A stretch of 51,552 nucleotides of DNA from Pelomyxa schiedti. Taxonomy: Eukaryota > Protista > Evosea. The DNA lies in NCBI GenBank assembly GCA_020536535.1, contig JAHLWZ010000600.1, positions 1 through 51,552 on the forward strand, in the 5' to 3' direction. The translations under genes and the position numbers were made by a program. Below are positions 11,281-23,078 of the stretch, piece after piece (position 1 is the first letter of the stretch; every line of letters begins with the position of its first letter). The notes below the pieces were generated by a model. It searched no databases. It had not been told where the DNA came from and saw only the letters and a list, made by a program, of their open reading frames with translations.

Positions 11281-11992
11281 AGAGCAAGTGTAACCGGATC
11301 AGAACGAGCAAGTCCCCACTGTGTTACGATTAATATTTCGTAGTTAATAAATTAAATACTGTACAAACCCAAGGTTAACGAGGGGAAAAATAGCTTACGA
11401 CCATTCAATGTGGTATTTACTGGAATTCTGCTGATCCCCTTCAACTCAATACCCAACTCGAAAGCAACAAATACCTGCCACTTTGAAGAATACAAGAGAA
11501 AATCGAGAGTTGTCTTGGAAAAGAAGAAAAAGAAAAAGAGATTGGCCCAACAGATCTGTTCTATTTATTGCACCGACCGGCATTATTGGCTGCTGGAGTA
11601 GAGCACTCGAATTAAAACAAAAAGCACCAGGTAAGAAAACATGTGCAAAGACAAGGAGGGGTTTTTTGAAGGCTTATGGGAAGTGCTCTGAGGAACTCAG
11701 GTGCACAAGTAACCACAGTGATCTGCCAAAACTGCGTTGGCACAAAGCAATATCGACCCCCACCTGTGTCAGGATCCTGGTTGACTTACTTTGCCCAGGG
11801 GAAACAACAGTTGGGGCACTACGGTGACCAAAAACGGAGCTCACCTTGTGAAGCAGGTCAAAAAAAAATTTTTTGGGGGATTTCCATACACGAAACCAGA
11901 TTGGAGCCGAGCCTACCAAAACTGTAGCCTCGAGACTGAACGAGCTTGTAGCTTTCTCTGCTGAAAGCCTGAGCTGCAGTTTAAATTCTATC
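11281..11992. repeat. Second copy of the 1-892 repeat, lacking 183 bp
   Basis: Direct alignment; the junction reads ...cttacga|ccattcaatg. Confidence 0.95.
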
Positions 11993-12257
11993 TCACTTTC
12001 ATTGTGTGGCACACGGCAGGAAGCCAACTCAGTGTGACCTCTGTAGAACGGAATGTCAACAAACAACAGAGCAATGCTGTTCCTGTTCACCGGTAGTGCC
12101 CTCATTACTGGGTTGGCTGGGTTTTTTTTGGGTTTTTGATTTTGTTGTGTTAGCCTTTCTTGACGTTCTGTGCGTCGTTTATGTGGTATGGGATCATGTA
12201 TTTTTGGTTTGTCCCTTCTTTATTGTTGTGGAAAATAATACAGTCAAAAATGTGTAC

Positions 12258-13066
12258 CCAGTATTAGTGCCAATTTGAAGGTATAACAGGCCTTACAGAA
12301 TGTCAGCATGTCCCCGTCATCCACCGCTTGTGCTATCCCAACCAGAGCACGTAGCGGAAGGTTCGAAATTGAAGAAAAGCCTGGAACTTAGTCAAGGGGG
12401 CACCAGAGTAAATGCTACCATTTTCTGTGACATGTGGATGCTGCTTGATACACAGCAATGCGTGGCAGTGCCTCATTAGCGCATTACAGGTATGTGTTTC
12501 ACTGTCTAAAGCTGCATCAAGTAGCAAATGCACGCCAGCTTCTGTTCCCTGTTAGTGAGTCAGCCCCCCCTTTTTTTTAAGTCTTGGCTGTCAAGTCCTA
12601 CCGACGTTTCCATGGTTGACAAAGCTGCCTTATTTAGTTCCCACTGAGATTTCATACTATTTTGCAGGTCCAGCCACAGCGAGCCCAGGTGGGCTCCTGC
12701 GCACTCCATCTTGTTTTTTCGCAGCTTGTTATCCTCCTCCATTTCTAGAAGCTCCCTGTTTGCAATATTTAGTTGCTTTTGGCCTTCATCTGCTACACCC
12801 TTGAGTTTTTCAATCTCCCTTGCAATGCCGGTTTCGACATGAGAAGTTGCTGCGGAGCAGGCGGCAGGGGAAACGATATAAGACAAAGAGGGGAGAAGTG
12901 CAGAAGGAGCGGTAGCAGTGCCACTTGAGGCAGAGGTACTGGTGACGTCGTGGGACAGCGACGATGTGGGTTCGACACTCGTGCCGCCAGTTTGGCGACC
13001 TCGGGGCTTTTTCGCTTGCCGTTCTGATGGCGATGGCGCTGTATCCTTTGGGCTCCTCTTGGACAT
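12258..13066 (-). CDS. Repeat-borne gene: S/T/P-rich N-terminus and coiled coil (13066-12560), then an F-box-like exon (12380-12258)
   Basis: ORF MSKRSPKD...IAREIEKLKGVADEGQKQLNIANRELLEMEEDNKLRKNKME. The AG/GT-bounded exon encodes SSISNLPLRALVGIAQAVDDGDMLTFCKACYTFKLAL, an LP...I......L.F...C..F pattern. Confidence 0.45.
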
Positions 13067-13829
13067 GACCGGTACAAAAAACAATTGTGATGCCCTCGCC
13101 TATTATCTAACTTGATCTATTAATGTAACCACGGGTGCCATGCACCGTGCAGCTCCACGCACTCGCAGGACAATGCCTCGCATGTAGAGAATGTTACAGC
13201 AGTGTGCTCCGGGTGTTGGCACAACCCCTTCACTTTCCGGGAAAACAATCAGTTGCAAGAACAATAAAAAGAACCAACACCAACAAACATGACCAGGTTG
13301 TCATCGTCTTCTTTATATAAAAACTCTTCGTTTAGTTAGAGTGCGCGGAGCTGCGCGGTGCATGGCACTGTATGACAAACCCTTATAGATGTCAAAAGCG
13401 AAGTCGGTGGAGCGAAACCAAGTTAATGTCGGGACCGCTGTGGCGGTTTCCAATGCAGTCCCAAAGTGTGTCGTTTTGTGCTGTTGCGCATTCTATTGGG
13501 TGCACAGCACCTCTGGGTGTTCAGTGTAGGAACAATCACACAAATTGCCAACGGCCCCGATACTCACTGTGCAGTCACGTGTGTTGGTGTGCCAGTCTGT
13601 CATGCAGGTGTTGGGGTGCCTTTGTGGGGGCTTGTTGCCTACATTGGCCAAAGCGAGGCTGTGCATCGTGCACCGCTCGTGTACGTTTTTCTGTGAGATC
13701 TCCAGCGACACTGTTACCGTTCCACGCTGCAGTGCATCGTAACTGCAGTCACTCTTCACTGGCGTCGGGACAGCCGCAACCCAATGCGTAATTAAAAATC
13801 ATGGGTTCTCTGATGAGTAAACAAATGTG
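12880..13829. mobile_element. Long copy of the dispersed element, paralogous to 15703-16684; right end truncated
   Basis: Block-wise alignment to 15703-16570. It ends at gagtaaacaaatg (13829) without the T-tailed terminus. Confidence 0.85.
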
Positions 13830-13898
13830 AGGGTGGCACAGGTACTGAGGTACTCTCAGATGGGGTTGGGGTTGTCTTAACAACTACAACAGTAGCCT

Positions 13899-14660
13899 TC
13901 AGCTTCTCAACATTCCCAGTTGTTTCTGCCCACTTTGTGATTGCCTTCTTTCGTGCTGTTGCTGTTGCTCTTGTTGTCTGACACTGGAAGTGGGTTGCAA
14001 TCGAATGTCATCATCTCTCAGAGAAGCAGGAGGTGCTGGGATCAGCACCTCCAAAGGAGTAGACTCTTTGTGGAACTGAAACTCTAAGATGAGTTGCCTC
14101 CTCTCTGGGGAAGCTCCAGCATACATGTTGTCTAGCAAACCAGTAAACATGTTGTCTTCTTCTGTATTGTGAGTTCTTCATTGGCTCCACCACATTTCTT
14201 TGATGTTTCAACTTATCCTCAATTGCTTGGTGATGTGCGTTGCAGTTGCTTCTATCTGCCATGATATCATATAGATTGAACATACCCTCTACAGCTTGGG
14301 TTGAATGAGGTTGACTCCAGCAAATAAACCAACGAAATCTATCAAGAAATTCACCTTCAACAATCACTTGCTCTGTGTACCAAGTTGTGAGTTCTGACTC
14401 CCAAGGAGCACCAAAGCTCCAGTGCTCAAAAAAGGCAGAAATTTCAGTAACTGTTCAGTACAGATCTGTGGGAACTCCAACCACTTGTTGCCATGAAGCA
14501 CATAACTCTTGTGAAAGGCCTCAACAAAATCTTTCGCCTTGGCATAACCTTGACTTACTTTCTCAGGGGAGGATGAGAAATTCGCTTTGACACTCTTGAA
14601 ATAGAGCCCCACATTGGCAATAATTGCTGACAGGCGCTCTTTTTGCTTGCAGACCTCAGA
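13899..14660 (-). pseudogene. Degenerate multi-frameshift ORF, possibly a DNA-transposase C-terminal region
   Basis: Three consecutive overlapping minus-strand ORFs. QPHSTQAVEGMFN weakly resembles the P.S...VER.FS dimerisation motif of hAT-like transposases. Confidence 0.25.
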
Positions 14661-15387
14661 GGCACATCTACTAAGGTGGTTAGTTCACTCTTTCTTCAAC
14701 AAAAAACCACACTTGTTCTTGTGCTAGAGTTGTCAATATTGTGTGGTTGAGCTCTTTTCATGAACTGAGTTTTCTTTCTGTCAGCTCGTGCAACTGGGGT
14801 CTGAGTGTTGGAGTCACTCCCCTGGAAAAGTGGTTGACAAACAATGGTAGGCAACACAAACATGAAAAACCACTGTCAATGAGGAATTTGCTGATGAGGT
14901 TGCACCAGTATGTGTTGTCTCCTCCACATTATCATCAGACATGTCTGTCATTCAATATTAGCACCTCACGACACAACTGACCATTACCAGTCTCTCAGCC
15001 CAGCTGTTTGGTAAAAAACAGGAAAAGAACAATCTGTCCAACGCAGATTTACTGTGGATTTTCACCAGTTACCACCAACTTTTGTATTTTCTCCCTTCCT
15101 CAGTCTCAAATGTTAATGGTAACCAGGGGAAACCTTGACAACAAGCTACTGACTCCCCCTTGGTCGCACCTAGTCTGAGACTCTCTATTGGAGTGAATAG
15201 CAACGAGGCATACAATCTCCGCTCCTCTCACCTCCACTGAGGTAAGCAAGATTCCAACAAGGAAGGACACGGACTTTTTCTCGACTTCAAGATATGGCTG
15301 AACAAAAAAAACACCAGACCACGATCCTGTGCTACGATAAGGAAAATGACGGCGTTCCGGTCTGTTGATTATTTTATTCAGCCATAT

Positions 15388-15601
15388 GTGAATCCCAAAA
15401 GAAACCGAAAACGGAGAATGAGGGTCGGTAGGACGTACCGGTACATTTCGCGTCGTAAGGGGGAGGAAGCGGTAGGAGCGGAGTTCATGGGAAAGTGGGG
15501 AGCCACTGTGGCTGCTGCGTTGTTGGCATTGGTCTCTTTGGTTTTCTTTTTCTCTGAGAAAAGGTGCTTTTTTTTTTTTTTTTTTGATTTTTCTCCCTCC
15601 C
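15388..15601 (+). repeat. Duplicate of the TMEM43 5' end (first exon, ATG 15418, and start of intron 1), cut by the gap
   Basis: Aligns to 16686-16915 and encodes MRVGRTY...MGKWGATVAAALLALVSLVFFFSEK|gt. Confidence 0.9.
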
Positions 15602-15702
15602 NNNNNNNNNNNNNNNNNNNNNNNNNNNNNNNNNNNNNNNNNNNNNNNNNNNNNNNNNNNNNNNNNNNNNNNNNNNNNNNNNNNNNNNNNNNNNNNNNNN
15701 NA

Positions 15703-16684
15703 CGATATAAGACAAAGAGGGGAGAAGTGCAGAAGGAGCGGTAGCAGTGCCACTTGAGGCAGAGGTACTGGTGACGTCGTGGGACAGCGACGATGTGGGT
15801 TCGACACTCGTGCCGCCAGTTTCGCGACCTCGTGGCTTTTTCGCTTGCGGTTCTGATGGCGATGGCGATGGCGATGGCGATGGCGATGGCGATGGCGATG
15901 GCGATGGCGATGGCGATGGCGATGGCGATGGCGATGGCGATGGCGATGGCGCTGTAGCCTTTGGGCTCCTCTTGGACATGACCGGTTCAAAAAACAATTG
16001 TGATGCCCTCGCCTATTATATAACTTGATCAATTAATGTAACCACGGGTGCCATGCACCGCGCAGCTCCACGCACTCGCAGGACAATGCCTCACATGTAG
16101 AGAATGTTACGGCAGTGTGCTCCGTATGTTTGCACAACCCCTGCACTTTCCGGGAAAACAATCAAACAAAAAGTTGCAAGAACAATAAAAAGAAACAACA
16201 CGGACGGGCCAGAGCCGTGTAGATAGTTGTGAAAAAACGTGCAGCCTCGCTTTGGCCCAATGTAGGCAACAAGCCCCCATGAAGGCACCCCAACACCCGC
16301 GTCACAGACTGCCACACCAACACACGTGACTGCACAGTGAGTATCGGGGCCGTTGGCAACAGAAAAACAATTTGTGTGATTGTTCCTACACGGAACACCC
16401 AGGGGTGCTGTGCACCCAATAGAATGCGCAGCAGCACAAAACGACGTTCCATGAGATCGCCAGTGACACTGTTACCAGAACACGGTGCAGTGCATCGTAA
16501 CTGTTGACACTCTTCAACGGCCGCAACCCGATGCGTAATTAAAATTGCGGGTTCTCTGATGAGTAAACAAATGTTGCGAAAGTTGTTAGGGATGGGGTTT
16601 TCTTGTTTGGACTCCAACACACGAGTTGCCTGCGACTTTTCTGCGGCCAACACCACCCTTCCTCTGCCCAGTGCAATTTTTTTT
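15703..16684. mobile_element. Copy of the dispersed element with (GATGGC)16 expansion, internal ~210 bp inversion and T-tailed right end
   Basis: Homologous to 12880-13829. 16237-16445 is the reverse complement of about 13470-13690. Ends ccagtgcaa(T)8. Confidence 0.9.
15855..15950. repeat. Hexamer microsatellite (GATGGC)16, read as in-frame (Pro-Ser)n on the minus strand
   Basis: 96 bp perfect array; only 2 units at the paralogous site (about 13026-13037). Confidence 0.95.
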
Positions 16685-16718
16685 GTATGTGAATCCCAAA
16701 AGAAACCGAAAACGGAGA

Positions 16719-16869
16719 ATGAGGGTTGGTAGGACGTACCGGTACATTTCGCGTCGTAAGGGGGAGGAAGCGGTAGGAGCGGAGTTCATGGGGAAGTGGG
16801 GAGCCACTGTGGCTGCTGCGTTGTTGGCATTGGTCTCTTTGGTTTTCTTTTTCTCTGAGAAAAGGTGCA

Positions 16870-16900
<31 letters not shown>

Positions 16901-18282
16901 GAGTTTTCTCCCTCCCACTTATTTGCGTAACCAGGTATCATGACGCAGAGGTGGCTTTTGCTACTTTGGAACCAGTGGATGTTACGACTAGTGATATGAC
17001 CATGCTTAGCTTGTATGAAGGCCAACTTGTGCACTTCTCGTCTTCCAACCTTCACATATTGAACACTGTGGAGGACCCTGAGTTTGGTTAGATTATAAAG
17101 CCACTGTAATCTCATGAATTGTAATGGGACGACTTTGTAGGTATCACTTTCCCCGGTTCCTTTCAGGCCAAGCGGCATACTGAGTACTGCCAGTGGGTTG
17201 AAACCTCCTCAACTACCACAGAGAAGGACAGAGATGGCAATGAAGTAAAAACAACTACATACTATTACACAAAAAGGTACTTCCCCTTAACGCTTATTTG
17301 CATAACATTATGTTAGTTGGGTGTATCGCCCTATTAACTCCTATTTATTTGATCAACCGTTTGCTCATTTCAATCCTCAGTATGGATCTTCAACTTGATA
17401 TTATTTTGTTAAGGTTACAATTTGCTTCGTAGGGATGATCCCTTCCCAACTATAACATTACCCCACCCGGCAGTTGTTGTTTCTGGCAAATTTCATCTTC
17501 CAGCACCACTTGTAGCAAAGATACGTGGTCCTGAAAGTGACGTTTTATGGGCACGTGACCAGTTACAAGGCTTTCAAATAAGCCTTGCAGCCAAAATGTC
17601 TTTTGCATACATACCCTCCACAGGGTACTTCCTGAGGTTTTTTTTACAAGTACATTGTCCTTCACTTAATACTTCTAGCCGGTATAATGCAGGAACAAAT
17701 TGGATGCAATATGCGGGAATGTTTTTGGAGGGTACTCTATTAGACTTCCAGCTTGGTGACTTCCTAGGCGCATGCACCCCTGGAGACATCAGAGTGCGCT
17801 ACACTACATTTGCTCCGGATTCTGTTTCTGTCATTGGAAAGATGTTAGGACCCGTTCCAGGGGGGCCAGAAGCAGTTCATGGAATCGGCCAATGGATTAC
17901 TGAAAATGGTGTAGATGCTACACTACTCCACACTGGAATCCTAACAGCTGACGAGATGTTGACTGCTGAACTGAATAGCCTGTGGTGGCAGGCAACACTC
18001 GTTCATGCAGTTGCTGCACTGGTTTGGGGACCTGCTGTAGCTTGGGTTCTGTTTTCTACTGGACTTCTGGAGGGCAGTGGAATTTGGTGGTGGATTGTTG
18101 GTGCTGGCGTGGGTTTATCATTTGGCATTTATGCTTTGGTGTTCCTGCTCACAGGGCAGATAATGTCCTGTTTATTGCAGCTACTATGTGCCGTAGTACT
18201 TGTTGTACTGTTTAATACCGTGGATAAGTCGCTGAATGGTGTTGTTTCACCTTCTGTAAAGCCCCCAGAGGCCAGCCAGTAA
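16719..18282 (+). CDS. TMEM43: TMEM43 (LUMA) family membrane protein, multi-exon
   Basis: Spliced FFFSEKR|YHDAEVAF, then KRHTEYCQWVETSSTTTEKDRDGNEVKTTTYYY, PGDIRVRY..VSVIGK, LLHTGILTADEMLTAELNS and C-terminal TM helices, all matching the TMEM43 pattern. Confidence 0.8.
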
Positions 18283-18356
18283 CTAAAAAGAAAGCTTAGG
18301 GATTCATTCCCTTGGAAGTTTTTTTTTTCCCTATTCACAGAGTATTCGTCTCCACA

Positions 18357-19294
18357 TCAATTCTTCAGAAAATGCAGAGGGATGACCAAAGGTTGCAAAA
18401 GAGGCTCATCAGGCGCCACATTGACTGAAGCACCAACCCACGTGACGAGAAGGCTTTCGCTATTTTTCACAAAGTATCTCTCATGTGCATGACCTGATAT
18501 GTGAATCCGACGTGGCAAGTGTGCCGGTGGAAGCATTTTGGTAAATGGCGGCCAAAGAGCTGGGTCATTAAGTCTATGATGGGCTGTGGAAAAGGGAAAT
18601 AGGGTCTTAAATCAGTGGTTATTTTACTAGTAAAAGGAGCACACGGCTAATTGGTGCGTGGGTAACGAGAATGTCTACGTCATTACAACTTCCAAAAATG
18701 GAGTCCCATGAGCTCTCCTCTGGTATGTGGTACGTGGTACCAAATATCGAGAGTGCTCGTCCCTGAAAATCCAATGTCCGGCCACTATTTACAAGCAAGG
18801 TAAAATTGCAACCTGCTGACTAAAACAAGAAAGGAAGCATTAGGTAACATAGTTTTCAGCAGAGACCCACATGACGAAACAGTGTAGAGAACCAATTGTC
18901 ATGATTGCCATATACCTGAAGGAAAATGCGTCAGGTAGGCAAGGCCGGCTTATTCCTATACCACAAACTTCCTTTCTTTCGGTATTTCATGCAGAACCGG
19001 ATCTTCATCCATCCACAGATTGAAGTCTCTTGTCTGCTCCAACGTGCCACTTGCATCCCCTTTATTTTTTATTCTTACTTATTTAAACAAGCACTGCTCC
19101 GTAACAACTTATGTTCAGTTTAAAAACCAAAACCAAGACCAGAAAAGTGATTGCACACCTGAGTGCACTAGAATTGTGTTGTTGCGTAAGTCGCAGCCGG
19201 AATCAACCACGTTCCTTGTGTTCATAGTCCTGTGCATTCCGTGCGTGTCTGACATAGCCACGAGGAACACTTTCGGTCTTGCATCCGCCAACAT
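18357..19294 (-). CDS. Calcineurin-like metallophosphoesterase (MPPED-like), 5 predicted exons
   Basis: Manual splicing gives all core motifs in order: SDTH, ILVHSGD, YGNHD, VDILVTHAP and IHISGHAHE. Stop TGA at 18359-18357. Confidence 0.85.
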
Positions 19295-19503
19295 GTTACT
19301 GTCCAACTTATAACTTGGTTACTTTAAATACGGGTTTGGTAACTTTTCGGGTTCGTGTTTCTGTGTAACAAAACTTTCTTAGTTTTGGGATTTTTAAATT
19401 GTCACCTCAGTATCGGCGGTACTGGTGTTTTTTATTCCGCCAATTGATTTAACTTAAAAACGTACGGAACGGAATTCGCTCAGCGGAAAATACACAGGGG
19501 TCG

Positions 19504-20541
19504 TCAAGACAGGCGTGTGAGGGTGTAGGTGAATGTACCACTATTGTCACCTTCGTCGTCGTCCCCGGCGCTGCAATCTGGATCAGTCCCCCAGTTGCCG
19601 CCTATGGCAATTGTGTCCACGCCGTCCGGGAAAATGTGCTCGTCTGGAAGTGGTGCCTTGTAGTAGTAGTGCGAGTCTTCCCAGAAGAATTCCCATTTCA
19701 GAAAGGGGGCGTGGGCATCGGAGACGAGGCTCCCAACGCTGTATATTTCCTCCCTTGGTTAAATGTTAATTTTGCGGTAGGTTATGTAAATGTGGAGCCT
19801 TACCCAGTGTCATATACATGCTTTCCTCTAACTGAGCCATCTTCATATAGAGAGAAGGTGGATTCGGTACCCGGAAATGACTCACCGCCACCTTATGTTC
19901 AAAATGTCAATTTAAGCTTGGATTATGTTGAGCAATTTTTATAGGTAAATGTGTATGGTCTCGTACCGCTTTCTTCAGTCCCTGTTGATGTCCATTGAAG
20001 GACTGGCTCACCATCCGGTTCAGATGGGGGTGCAGAAGAATATCCGGAAATGTTTGTCGGGCTTTCTGGTGATATTTGCACCCTTTCCAGCTCCCTTGGC
20101 TGCTTTGATGTTTTGCACAGCGTAAAGTGAAAAGACCCAGATGAGTGCGTGGGACCAGAGCAGTCTTCATTGATTCCCCACTTGCCACTTACTCCCGGTG
20201 GATTTGCAGTAAAAGTGCCATTGTAGTAGTAGGTCTTCCCAGCCCACTGCATGGACCACTGAGCACCACCACCAGGGCTTATTTCACCCTCACACCAGCA
20301 CTTTGCCGCTTTGTAGTCGTGCATAGCCTCAAACCGTCCTATTTTGTGCATAGAAAAATGACCGTGTCAATAGGAGATGCCAAGTAGCCTTGCTAAGGGG
20401 AAGGGAAAAAGAAAAGAAAAAAGTACCTGACTTCCATATGCTGAATGTGCCGGTTGAGGAACCAAACGGTGCACCTTTCTTCGTCGTTTCGGCTCCCTCG
20501 CCTTCCCAAGTCCCAACCAACGAGTTACTGATAGCACTCAT
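19504..20541 (-). CDS. Hypothetical protein made of two tandem homologous beta-rich domains
   Basis: Repeat 1: LVGTWEGEG..TFSI..W.MQWAGKTYYY..GKWGINEDCS..SGSFHFTL. Repeat 2: LQWTSTGT..TFSL..WEFFWEDSHYYY..GNWGTDPDCS..SGTFTYTL. Introns are GT-AG. Confidence 0.7.
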
Positions 20542-21039
20542 TTCTCTTCTCGGAAATGGCCTTCATGAAGTTCCACAACCGCTTGTGCTTTCTGCCTCTG
20601 GCCACCCAAGCGTCTGGGGCCAGAAATCATCACGAAATTGCTGTGGTCAGAGGTTACTGGGAAGGGAGAGTGACCCCCCAGTTCCGCTTTGGGCTGTCGA
20701 TGATCTGCAGTAGTGAAGGAAATGTGACAGGCAGCGAAACGATCTTTGTACCACCCTCGAGAAAAACCCGAAAACCAAAACTGAAAACGCCGGTGAAGCC
20801 AAGGTTCACTCACAACCTGTGTGATCGTAATTTGTGTCTCAGTCGTCGAGCGTTGTTCCCCTGCCGACGACTACATTTTTGATAGGGACCCATAATCGTT
20901 GTTCAGAAAGCACCTCATACCACTCCAAGGTTTTTTTAAACTGTTTCGAGTGCGAAGCGTTGTGCCATTGTCTCATACCGTGCATTAGTTGAAAAAAACC
21001 TTTTTTTTTTTTGCAGGTTTTGGAATTGTTGCAGAAACC

Positions 21040-21819
21040 ATGGGACATATATTGAGCAGTTTGTTTGGAAGCAGGGAAGTTCGTGTTGTAATGCTTGGTT
21101 TGGACAATGCTGGCAAAACAAGTTGGTTGCCCCTTTGTCACCCTTTTCACCTTGCGAAAGCAATAACCTTGTTTTTATCAAAGCCATACTCTATAGACTA
21201 AAATTGGGGGAACATGTCTCCACAATGCCATCTCTGGGATTTAATGTCGAAACAATCACTTTTAAAAAAGTCCGGTTTAATGGTAATTGGTTCCCTTTAA
21301 TTCCACTATTTCAAATTGACTTTTCCTCCCTCTTTGAAGTGTGGGATGTTGGTGGCCAGGACAAATTACGGACCTTGTGGTCACACTATGTGTGTTCATC
21401 CTATTTCTTCTTCTCTTAACACTACCAACAAAACACATGCAGTTTGCTGGCACCCAGGCACTCATTTTTGTCATTGATTGTAGTGATATAGAGCGGTTGG
21501 AAATTGCACGGGATGAGTTGTGGAAAGTCATTACTGACAAGGCAATGAGAGATGCCGTTTTATTGGGTACCATCCAACTTCGCAAATCCGTAACTCTTTC
21601 TTACATTTCTCCCTATAAAATATTTTATGGGGAGAAATTCATCCTCTAGTCTACTGCAACAAATCCGATAGACCTCGAGCTTTACCACTCAAGGAAATCA
21701 CAGATAGATTACTGCTGGGCAACATCACCGATAGATTTTGGCACGTGCAATCCACTTGCGCTGTTACTGGTCAAGGGCTTGTGGAAGGACTTTCGTGGCT
21801 AAGTGCACACATTCCGTAG
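21040..21819 (+). CDS. ADP-ribosylation factor GTPase, ARF6-like
   Basis: [68 protein letters not shown] across 5 exons. Confidence 0.95.
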
Positions 21820-22022
21820 ACACTCTACTCGCACTCTTGTTTATAGTCTGTTTCATTATGCAAGGCACAGAACAAAGAAAAACATGTTTTTTTAGTACTA
21901 GAGGAAAAGCAAGTGAATCTTAGAATGCTGAATTGAATGAAGTGTGTAGTGCGAATGGTTAAAGATGCCAAATGGGGTGGGTGGTTGTAACTGTTCAACT
22001 TGTTGGGAGTATTTACAGAATT

Positions 22023-22860
22023 TTAGAAGGTCCACTTCACAAAGTATCCAAGGAAGGGAACCAAGGCCAGCGGGAATATAATCCAAAATACAATGAGCTT
22101 GCGGGTACCAAACTTGGCCATGAGGTCGGGGTCAGCTTTTTTCAATCCCCTTGGCTGAATCATACAACCAACGATTACAATGACAACAGCGGGAATGGCG
22201 TTGACCACAATGAGACCAAAGAATAGAAACCATGAAGCTTCGCGCTCAAGATTAGCTAAACACGAGTGTTAGAATCAGCAAAGAAAAGAAGGTGTGGTGT
22301 TACCATCTGAATCATCAGTCCACCAGTTGAGACTGAAGTACCTTCCGGGATCCTCAGTGTCAGGATTGCAGTCAATACCCACATACACCCGATGATCGTT
22401 GATAACAATAATTCCTTCGTTGTAGGCATAGGTGGCTTTTGCCTCGTTGGTGCTCAGACGGTTGTTTCCGGTGACAAACTTGAGGTTGCATGATGTCAAT
22501 TCATAATCGGTGATTTCAATAGTGATGTTACGGGCCCAATAGCCCGGCTTCACCAGCGGGGCAATATTCCAGCACATCCTTAAAAGAGTTGGGGTCAAAA
22601 ATTACATACGTTATGCAGGAATGAAGAAAAAAACAGTGTTACGAAGTAAAACCGAGGAAGAGGAACTCCGAAAGGGGGAAAACAAAAAAAAAGAACCCAA
22701 CGTACTGTATGCTCCAATACAGGCGAGGAATAGAGCCGTTGATACCCGTATCAGGCGTTGGCTCGCCGATCGTGCAATAGGTGGAGTTGGCTGCATAACA
22801 CGTACCGACGACGACCGCGCTCACGAAAAACGCGACAAACACCGCTTGTTGTCTTAACAT
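22023..22860 (-). CDS. Small membrane protein: signal peptide, CUB-like ectodomain, two C-terminal TM helices
   Basis: Signal peptide MLRQQAVFVAFFVSAVVVGTCYA, then CWNIAP..G...ITIEITDYELTSC, and hydrophobic WFLFFGLIVVNAIPAVVIVIVG and LIVFWIIFPLALVPFLGY. Confidence 0.65.
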
Positions 22861-23078
22861 TACGACTCGCGTGACGACGTTTTTTTTGTTTGTTTTGATG
22901 TTTCTGCGCTTCAGTTTTCCCCCACTTTCAGAGCATCAGTGAAGATCGTATGCCTTCAGATCTATCAGAACAGAAGCTGTGCTCAATAAGGGCATGAGAT
23001 CAGTCGAGCAGCATCTTTCGAAACAACCTCCGCTGGCTCCCTCGACAGCTCTCAGCACGACAGGAGACTCTTCCACGA

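Noticed and set aside
15106-16032. 308 aa ORF with an (HR)n tract
   Set aside because: Artefact of reading through 100 Ns; the HR repeat is an alternate frame of the GATGGC microsatellite.
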